64,000 nt of DNA, from contig OZ024740.1 in the NCBI GenBank assembly GCA_964016885.1, forward strand, positions 250,294,001 through 250,358,000, in the 5' to 3' direction. The position numbers and the translations under genes are program-made. Below, piece by piece: positions 1 to 9,974 of the stretch. Positions within the stretch are counted from its first letter, which is position 1. Every line of letters begins with the position of its first letter. A model generated the notes under the pieces. That model had not been told where the DNA came from and searched no databases. It saw only the letters and a list, made by a program, of their open reading frames with translations. Source of the DNA: Eledone cirrhosa. Its lineage: Eukaryota.

Positions 1-793
1 ATAATAAGCAAACTAACCAAAATAATAACAATTTTAATTATGGTAACAACTTTAACAACTATAATAGAAAATATTACAATAATTCCAAAAGCCGAAAAAG
101 AAATAGAACTAGAAATATATTATGGTTTGCTCCCCCTTTTCTCACTAAATATTAAAACCCCTATTGCTAAACTATTCTTTAAAGCTCTTGACAAACGCTT
201 CCCTAGAACACATAAATATTACTCAATTTTTAATAGACACACTATAAAATTAACTTACTCGTCCACCAAAAATTTAGCACAAAATATTAATAGAATTAAT
301 AATAGAAATTTAAAACCTAACCAAAATACCAATAATAACCCAAGCAATATTCAATTGAATAACTGTAACTGTAGAAATAAATCTAACTGTCCGTTAAATA
401 ACAACTGCTTAGCTAAAAATGTAGTGTACAATTGTAATGTTAAAACTAATTTAAATTCATTTAACTATGTTGGTTCTACCTCTACAGAATTTAAATTTCG
501 CTTCAATAATCATAAAAACTCTTTCACAGATCCAAACAAAAAAATCTTCAACTTCGCTATCTAGCCTACTATGGGACCTAAAACGAGATAATGTTAAATA
601 TTCGATGACTTGGAATATTATTTCATAAGCTACTCCTTTTAATTCCTCTTCAGAAAATTGTGATCTTTGTATTGAAGAAATATTCTTTATATTAAAGTCC
701 AAAAATTCCCTTAATTTAAGGAACAATTTATTCAGTTGCTGCAGACATAGATTGAACTCAACGTTTAAATATAAATATAAATTTAAAACGTAG
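1..793 (+). pseudogene. 3' end of a Penelope-like (Naiad-type) ORF: linker and GIY-YIG endonuclease, frameshifted
   Basis: ORF 40..564 has CNCRNKSNC (CxCx5C) and VVY...YVG...RFNNH (GIY-YIG). After a frameshift at the A-run near 540 it reads STSLSSLLWDLK...WNII.*..CDLC...LNLRNNLFSCCRHRL to TAG at 791-793. Confidence 0.85.
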
Positions 794-2464
794 TATAATT
801 AATTAAGTAATTTAGTTAATATATGAAACCTGTCGATAAATCATTAGATTCTTTCACCTTTTTTTTTTTAAACTTTCTTCCTAAATATAAACATAGATAT
901 AATAAACTACTCTAAAATGTCTATACTTCCAATGTCTTAAATAAAATGTAAGTAAGATAAATTTCTATACTAAATATAAGGATATCTGTAGAATCCTTGG
1001 GTTTTTTAAATCTTTTAAATATTTTAATCTTTTAAACTTTTTTAAATTTTTTAAATTTTTAAATTATATTGATATAATAGTTATTTAACTTTTATTTTAT
1101 TTTTATTTTTATTTATTTTTATTAGTTTTGTTTTGATTCTGATAGCTTCTCATAATTTTCATAAGTCTACCCTTTCAATATCTTGATTGAAATATACGTA
1201 GGATAAATTTCTATACTAAATATATGAAACATATTATTTTAACTTAAGATACTCTATAGTGTTTTAAAGATATTTAATGCTTTGATATTTCTAGAATTCG
1301 TTTGTCCTTTTGACTATACTGATATAATTGTATTTCCAAAATATAATCCTTTGGTATTTTAAATTTATATTGTTATAATTATATTTCCAAAGTATAATCC
1401 TTAGTAATATATTGATATTTGATTATCTCTATACAAATGTGTATGTGTGTATTAACATGCATATAAAAATGTTATAGGTTTTTTATGATTGTATGTATGT
1501 CTGTATGTATACATGAGCGATGCGGGAAGACGCACGCAAATATTTATTTATACATATATATGTGTATATGTATATATATGTGTATGTATGTGTGTGGGTA
1601 AGAGATATGTTGCCTAACCACGCAGTTTTGATTGCAGATATGCATAATTTTAACAGAATGTTAAATGCATGAATGGTAATCGTATATATGAAGACATGAA
1701 TGTTAATCGTATATATTTATGTATATATACTGTGAACTTTTTATAACACAAGGAATGTATAGCAGTGATTAAGAGAAATCGTCTGCGTTTTGTATGTCTA
1801 TATTGTTGACTTGAGTAAATATAATTTCTATTTTCAGGACGTGCGTATATATATATATATATATATATATTTGTGTGTCTTTGCCTAAGATACTGATTTC
1901 TCTAGCAATGTGTACATTTTGGAGATTAAACCCAAATTTTGGTATATTGATCTCAAGTTTTAAACTAAACATATAGTCATTATTAAACAATGTTTAATTT
2001 CTCATATTATATATTTATGTCCCATTCATGAATATTAATATTTATATTTTTATTATTCATTTCATATAAATTGTTAACTCAACTTAATATGACATGACGT
2101 AAAGTTTTTCATTATCTCCCCCTCTCTCTATATAATATTTCTCTCTCTTGAGTTTTTCTTTCTGTCTGATGACTTAATATCTCTCTGTTGCTTTACTCTG
2201 GTTTTCTTATTTCTTCCGTTTTTCTTTTTTCTTTTTTCTTTCTTTCCTCCTGTCTTTATTTATCTCTTTCTTTTTTCTCCATGCTTTTCTCTCTCTCCGA
2301 TATTTCTCCACGTTTTTTCTTTCTATCTCTCCGTCTTTTTCTAATTGTCCTTAACACTATGACTTATTAAAATAATATAAACAACTCACTATCCGGATGG
2401 CTTCCAAAAATAATGGTTGCATTTTAAAAGGGTACGTCAAAGCTTATTTGTAAAACTGTTATAT

Positions 2465-2535
2465 ATTGTATTTTGTCTGATGAAGGCATACCATAATTTA
2501 ATTTGGTGTCCCTGAAATATGTATAATGAAATAAA
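2465..2535 (+). ncRNA. Type I hammerhead ribozyme (minimal stem III)
   Basis: CTGATGA 2477-2483; stem II aggcatacca/tggtgtccct; GAAA 2514-2517; TATG then TA cleavage site (~2523); stem I is weak and AT-rich. Confidence 0.7.
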
Positions 2536-2661
2536 TATGGTTTTATAAATATAATTTCCATGTATTAATATCTTATATCTACTCCAAATATTAGTCGAGT
2601 GCTTTATATCAGTTATAAAAGTATTTACTTGTTGTATCCCAACAATTTTAAATAGAAATTT

Positions 2662-3200
<539 letters not shown>

Positions 3201-3629
3201 TGAATGTGTCTGTTGATTTTGGCATATAGTTGAATAGTTTAAGAGAAATTAGAGGACAATTGTAAGATATGCACTCAATATTTTGAATTTGTCTACAGAA
3301 TTCTCTAAACCTCTGTCACTTAGTAAAGAATTTAGCTTTTAAAGAATCTCCCTTTCCTTTAAATCTATCTACCATGACTGACCCCCACTGATTTTATAGA
3401 CACCTGTTAGCTTAAGAAAAACTTAATAATAAGGATTGGCATGCCATCCTGAACCTGTTTATAGAATTCTTTCTGCCTGTTACTCTAAAAATAAAAATAA
3501 ACTATAGCTTTGTAGAATTAGCTTTTAACGAATTCTATCAACCAATGACATACACCCATTCCACTCCCCACCCTCTCCTACCACTTGTAGAGACCTATAT
3601 ATACCATAATTAATTATTTTTTGATACCC

Positions 3630-3680
3630 AGATTCCTGAGGATTTCTAAAGAATGAAACAGTTCTAGGTCTGTAGAATCT
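3630..3680 (+). ncRNA. Type I hammerhead ribozyme in a solo pseudo-LTR fragment (~3200-3763)
   Basis: agattc-CTGAGGA-tttc(taaa)gaat-GAAA-cag(ttctaggt)ctg-TA-gaatct; all three stems pair. Confidence 0.85.
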
Positions 3681-3762
3681 CATCTATATTAAAACTTTTA
3701 TACTCTGCTATGTATTGAGTACCTTACTTACTGTGGTTACCTCCGATTCAACCCGGAATAAC

Positions 3763-4148
<386 letters not shown>

Positions 4149-4351
4149 AGTATTTACGTATCGAGAAAGAGAGAAAAAGGAGGGATAGGTGATACATATA
4201 GTTATTTGCCAAGTAGCGTATGCCAAAGCTGCTCGATACTAGTGCCGGCAGTATTAAATATTCGAAGTGTTAATATTTAGTGGGCTAGAGATTTAGCAGA
4301 GCGTAAGCACGTGGGAAAGTAAAAAATCGGAGAATAGACCGTTAAAACATG

Positions 4352-4412
4352 TTTATTTAAAATATCACCTACGTACGTTTCGCCCAGTTGGGCTTCTCAA
4401 GGGCATAAATAA
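4352..4412 (-). ncRNA. Type I hammerhead ribozyme, U3-A8 variant core
   Basis: Minus strand reads ...ccc-TTGAGAA-gccc(aact)gggc-GAAA-cgtacg-TA-gg... Confidence 0.75.
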
Positions 4413-4731
4413 TCACAAGTGTTCCTTATATAGTTCGGAAAGAGTTTTGGGGGTTAAATCTACATCAAGATTCATTGCTCGCAAAAATATCTTGTTTTTA
4501 TTTTGCAGCAGGTGTTAGGGCCGGTGTTAGGGCAGTCTTTCCTGGATAATTTTTTTTTTTTGCCGCATCCGTTTGTCTGAGGCTGGGTCTGGTATGCAAG
4601 GATTGTTTTCTGGGTGTTATTTTGCTGCGCCTGCCCGCCGGGGTGTTAAGACTTGTTGCAGGGAGATCCAGTGTACTATTTCACTCTTCATTCTTAACCC
4701 ATCTAAAGAAGGATATTTTTAAGCGATGTGT

Positions 4732-7418
4732 TCAACTTATCGCTGTTTCAGCTCTGCTGTTGATGAGCTCGTGGTGTGCAGTTATGATGTGGTAGAGCTC
4801 CATGAGGCAAAGATCGCATTTCCTCTTGAAGTTGTACGGTGCAGCCCTGCCGACAATCTCCCAGTGTGTGGAGAAGCTGATGTTTAAGTCCTTTAGTGAT
4901 GTGATGTAGTCCGCGAGCGAAGTGGAGTGCCTTAGTTTTCTATTTGTGAAAGAGTGGAGATGTGTTCGAAACCTAATTTTGAACGGGCCGGAGGTGCCCC
5001 CTATATAATGTTTAACGCTATTGTGGCTAGTAATAGTGCATCTATATATAACCCTATCAGTCAAGCAGTATCCTCTAAGGGGGCAGTGTCCTCTGTCGCG
5101 GCAGTTGCAATTTCTGTCGCGGTTCCGTCTATTTCCCACGGTAAGGCTATCATTATTGCTGCCTACGTTGTTACCTACGCTACCGCAGCTGTCGTTAGCA
5201 CAATTACAACCCACAGCACGCGGGATGGTGCGATTGTTATTCCGCACGTCATGTTCTGCATGTTCCCCAGTCACTTCGCGGTCATTCTGGTTGCGTCTGC
5301 GGATGCTGCTGCCAACACTACTGGATGCTGTCAGGGAGTTGTTAAGGCCGATATAGTTATTGTCAGGTGTAGGTGCGTCTGTGTCGAGGTGCTGTGTCTT
5401 GGTGATCTTACTGTGGTTCGTTGTTCCTATGATGTCTGCTAGGTTAGGAGTAGTAGAGAAGGATATTTTTATATTGTTCCTATTAAGAATTTTTCTATAC
5501 CTATGGTTGGGTGGGAAGTTCTTCTCTAAGGCTTCGAAGAATATCCGGGGTATGTTGGAGGCCACACTTCGAGAGTAGGGGGGTGGGGGTGGAACCATAG
5601 GACGTTACGGTGGCGATTACGTGTCCTTGTACTTTTGCTACGGGTGGTTCCATCTAAGTGATTGCTCTTATGTGTGTTAATGCGCTGTCGCCCGTTCGGT
5701 GCCCCTTTCACTTTATGCTCGGGTGCACTCCTTCTACCTCTTCCATGTTTATGTACACGAAGATGTTGGTTGGAAGGCGTTGGTAGTAGGCCGTCGCCTT
5801 TGTTGGTTTTGTAATAGGGGAATAGTTTGAGTAATCTACAGTATTCACCGTCGCCGGGGACGTGATCTTTGGTGCGGTTATCTATTCTATTATATCCGAC
5901 TTTAACGAGGTCGCCGCGTGATCGGTTATAGGTATGGCTTACTATAACGTTAGTTTTATGAGGGGGGGGGTTTCTAGAGCTAGCGTTAGGGATGTAGGAA
6001 ATTCCTCGGTTAAAGCCGCCGCTTATCAGGGCCCTATTGTAGTAATCAGCCGCTTGGTTGAAGATATCCTCATTGGCGGATAGCCTCGAGATTCTATGTG
6101 AGATACTATAGACTATGGAGTTGAGAGTCTGCTTAGGGTGGTTGGAGGCATCATTAATATAAGAGAGGCACTCTCCAGACTTATGGTATGGCTTGTATAA
6201 GCCCGTACTCAACTCCAGGGTCACGTCTAAGAAGTTGACAACCCTGTGGTTGAGGTCCATAGTTACGGATAGGCCGTATGACTTAAAGAACCTGTGTATA
6301 TGTTTGTTAAGGTTCTCTATCCTACGGGGGCTATGGTTCCTAACGGTAAACAGGGCGTCGTCCCTATATACACCTCCTTGTAGGGCCGGTATTTCTTCCC
6401 TAAGCTTATGTAGGAGGTATATCCCAACCAGGTCAGTTGCTTGCGCTGAGTCGCTGGACCCCATCGTGACATCGAAGTTATCAGGACGGTTGGTTCTGGT
6501 CCAGTGGGAGCCTTCGAACTGGATAATGGTTCTACGTGCCGCTAGAATTATGTCTATTTCTTTTTTGGTGAGGCTAGTGTTAAATCTAGCTAAGATAAGT
6601 GCCTTATTTAAGAGTATGGGGGAGATAGAGGCGTAGTAGCTATCTATATCAAACTAGATGAGTTTCAGGGTGGCTTTATCCGGCAACTCGGTGAACCAAT
6701 TTATGACCTGGTCGGTGTTGCCCCAGAGGCAGACCTTAGCCTTTCTATTAAGCTCGAGTAGTACTCTGTCGAGGATCACTTTACTAATCTTACCTATATC
6801 TGATGTAGAGGGGCATATTAGTCTAATAGAGGGGCTTTCATTAAAGTCATATTTGTGATCCTTAAGAGAGAATTTAGGCGTCAGAGGGACGTACGGGTTA
6901 GTGTACTTTTCTATTTCTAAGCTGGTGACTATATCCTTCCCTACTCTATTTATGTCATTTAGGGTACTAGAGGGTGTCTTTTTGTAGTCTTTGTGTAGTT
7001 CCTTATAGATGAATTTTTTATACTCACTCGCGCCCATCTTGTACAGCTTTTTGGTTTTGTCGGAGGTGACGAAGAGGTGCGGGTCATTCTTGATCTTAGT
7101 TATTAGTGTATCAAGGGACGTTAAGAATGGATTGCTGCATTGGTGTTTCTTTCTGAGCTTAACGTTTTTGATCATTTTCAGCAGGTCCTCTTCAAATAAG
7201 TCCAGTAAGGTGTTGTGCGGTGGGTTTCGGTATGTTTTGAAACCATACTTCTCTTTGGGTTCAGGAAGGTTACGGGTGTTCTTATCCAGGTGGTATGCCT
7301 TCCATCTGACTCTCCGTATAAACGAATTAGTAGCGTCTATAAGCAGTTTAAGGTAGGTTTTTCTGCTGGGTAAGGGGATACACTTGAGAGACATGGGTAA
7401 CGGTTGGTTCTCCAACAT
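4732..7418 (-). pseudogene. Penelope-type RT + GIY-YIG polyprotein, interrupted by one TAG (6654-6656) and one frameshift (~5580-5595)
   Basis: N-terminal RVRWKA and SDKT motifs. RT motifs I*FDIDSYY, MGSSDSAQATDLVG, YRDDAL, VNFLDVTL, YHK, SNHP. Linker WFHP..YSRSVASNI. Endonuclease CNCRDRGHC, VIY...YIG...RFRTH, CDLC. Confidence 0.9.
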
Positions 7419-7667
7419 AATGGCAAATAAGGTGAGATGCTCTACAAAAGGAGCACGGTAATATAGTATTTACGTATCGAGAAAGAGAGAAAAAGGAGGG
7501 ATAGGTGATACATATAGTTATTTGCCAAGTAGCGTATGCCAAAGGTGCTCGATACTAGTGCCGGCAGTATTAAATATTCGAAGTGTTAATATTTAGTGGG
7601 CTAGAGAGTTAGCAGAGCGTAAGCACGTGGGAAAGTAAAAAATCGGAGAATAGACCGTTAAAACATG

Positions 7668-7728
7668 TTTATTTAAAATATCACCTACGTACGTTTCGCC
7701 CAGTTGGGCTTCTCAAGGGCATAAATAA
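7668..7728 (-). ncRNA. Second copy of the U3-A8 hammerhead ribozyme
   Basis: Identical to the 4352-4412 copy. Confidence 0.75.
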
Positions 7729-8061
7729 TCACAAGTGTTCCTTATATAGTTCGGAAAGAGTTTTGGGGGTTAAATCTACATCAAGATTCATTGCTCGCAA
7801 AAATATCTTGTTTTGATTTTGCAGCAGGTCAAGGGAGGTAACTCTGGCCGGTGTTAGGGCAGTCTTTCCTGGATAATTTTTTTTTTTTTTTGCCGCATCC
7901 GTTTGTCTGAGGCTGGGTCTGGTATGCAAGGATTGTTTTCTGGGTGTTATTTTGCTGCGCCTGCCCGCCGGGTTGTTAAGACTTGTTGCAGGGAGATCCA
8001 GTGTACTATTTCACTCTTCATTCTTAACCCATCTAAAGAAGGATATTTTTAAGCGATGTGT

Positions 8062-9286
8062 TCAACTTATCGCTGTTTCAGCTCTGCTGTTGATGAGCTC
8101 GTGGTGTGCAGTTATGATGTGGTAGAGCTCCATGAGGCAAAGATCGCATTTCCTCTTGAAGTTGTACGGTGCAGCCCTGCCGACAATCTCCCAGTGCGTG
8201 GAGAAGCTGATGTTTAAGTCCTTTAGTGATGTGATGTAGTCCGCGAGCGAAGTGGAGTGCCTTAGTTTTCTATTTGTGAAAGAGTGGAGATGTGTTCGAA
8301 ACCTAATTTTGAACGGGCCGGAGGTGGCCCCTATATAATGTTTAACGCTATTGTAGCTAGTAATAGTGCATCTATATATAACCCTATCAGTCAAGCAGTA
8401 TCCTCTAAGGGGGCAGCGTCCTCTGTCGCGGCAGTTGCAATTTCTGTCGCGGTTCCGTCTATTTCCCACGGTAAGGCTATCATTATTGCTGCCTACGTTG
8501 TTACCTACGCTACCGCAGCTGTCGTTAGCACAATTACAACCCACAGCACGCGGGATGGTGCGATTGTTATTCCGCACGTCATGTTCTGCATGTTCCCCAG
8601 TCACTTCGCGGTCATTCTGGTTGCGTCTGCGGATGCTGCTGCCAACACTACTGGATGCTGTCAGGGAGTTGTTAAGGCCGATATAGTTATTGTCAGGTGT
8701 AGGTGCGTCTGTGTCGAGGTGCTGTGTCTTGGTGATCTTACTGTGGTTCGTTGTTCCTATGATGTCTGCTAGGTTAGGAGTAGTAGAGAAGGATATTTTT
8801 ATATTGTTCCTATTAAGAATTTTTCTATACCTATGGTTGGGTGGGAAGTTCTTCTCTAAGGCTTCGAAGAATATCCGGGGTATGTTGGAGGCCACACTTC
8901 GAGAGTAGGGGGGTGGGGGTGGAACCATAGGACGTTACGGTGGCGATTACGTGTCCTTGTACTTTTGCTACGGGTGGTTCCATCTAAGTGATCGCTCTTA
9001 TGTGTGTTAATGCGCTGTCGCCCGTTCGGTGCCCCTTTCACTTTATGCTCGGGTGCACTCCTTCTACCTCTTCCATGTTTATGTACACGAAGATGTTGGT
9101 TGGAAGGCGTTGGTAGTAGGCCGTCGCCTTTGTTGGTTTTGTAATAGGAGAATAGTCTGAGTAATCTACAGTATTCACCGTCGCCGGGGACGTGATCTTT
9201 GGTGCGGTTATCTATTCTATTATATCCGACTTTAACGAGGTCGCCGCGTGATCGGTTATAGGTATGGCTTACTATAACGTTAGTTT

Positions 9287-9290
<4 letters not shown>
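8062..9290 (-). pseudogene. Duplicated C-terminal part (linker and GIY-YIG) of the Naiad ORF
   Basis: ORFs 8062..8928 and 8856..9362 are near-identical to 4732..5598 and the end of 5526..6464. Confidence 0.9.
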
Positions 9291-9328
<38 letters not shown>

Positions 9329-9452
9329 AGGAGGTGAGTTTTATTGTAGTACAATAAAGCAATGCAGATATCGGATAAGAAGCACTCTACAATGTGTAGG
9401 ACTGGAGTATACATAATATATAAGATCAAAAGATGGTTAAATGAGTTCCATG

Positions 9453-9523
9453 TATTTTATTATGCGCATTTCAAAAACAAATATCATCATGCAATAAGAT
9501 TTGTGTTTTCATCAGATAAAATA
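9453..9523 (-). ncRNA. Type I hammerhead ribozyme (left arm of palindrome)
   Basis: Reverse complement of 9647-9717. Confidence 0.8.
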
Positions 9524-9646
9524 GGAGGAAATGATATGAAGGTTAAAAACACTTGTGGATAGTGCAGTTTTAAATCAACATATATGATATGTTGATTTAA
9601 AACTGCACTATCCACAAGTGTTTTTAACCTTCATATCATGTCCTCC

Positions 9647-9717
9647 TATTTTATCTGATGAAAACACAAATGTTATTGCATGATGATATTTGTTTTTGAA
9701 ATGCGCATAATAAAATA
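9647..9717 (+). ncRNA. Type I hammerhead ribozyme (right arm of palindrome)
   Basis: tattttat-CTGATGA-aaacacaaatgttatt(gcat)gatgatatttgttttt-GAAA-tgcgca-TA-ataaaata; 8-bp stem I, about 15-bp stem II, palindromic stem III. Confidence 0.85.
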
Positions 9718-9745
9718 CATGGAACTCATTTAACCATCTTTTGAT

Positions 9746-9795
<50 letters not shown>

Positions 9796-9834
9796 TATAT
9801 ATATACATATACACACACATATATATATATATAT

Positions 9835-9963
9835 GGAGGCACATGGCTTAGTGGTTGCAATCGATAGTGTGTGAGTTCAATTCTCAGACCGGGTGATGTG
9901 TTGTTTCCTCGAGCATGACACTTTATTTCACATTGCTCCAGTTTACTCAGCTGTAGAAATGAG
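9835..9963 (+). mobile_element. tRNA-derived SINE, family A (related pieces at 12859-12918 + and ~45055-45165 -)
   Basis: A-box-like tggcttagtgg, B-box-like gagttcaattc, body gagcatgacactttatttcac. Confidence 0.7.
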
Positions 9964-9974
9964 ATGATAGGGAC

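Larger units (their letters stand above)
9417..9753. repeat. Near-perfect palindrome (about 167-bp arms, 3-nt spacer at 9584-9586)
   Basis: taagatcaaaag...aaatcaacatat|atg|atatgttgattt...cttttgatctta; only a couple of mismatches seen between the arms. Confidence 0.95.

Noticed and set aside
2166-2200. CTGATGA as a hammerhead core
   Set aside because: No stem II or GAAA follows.
4954-5578. Plus-strand ORFs over the Naiad, and similar antisense ORFs over other elements
   Set aside because: Shadow frames of TE coding sequence with no recognisable motifs.
6654-6656. In-frame stop in the RT as programmed readthrough
   Set aside because: It is TAG at I*FDI, simply explained as a CAG>TAG nonsense mutation.
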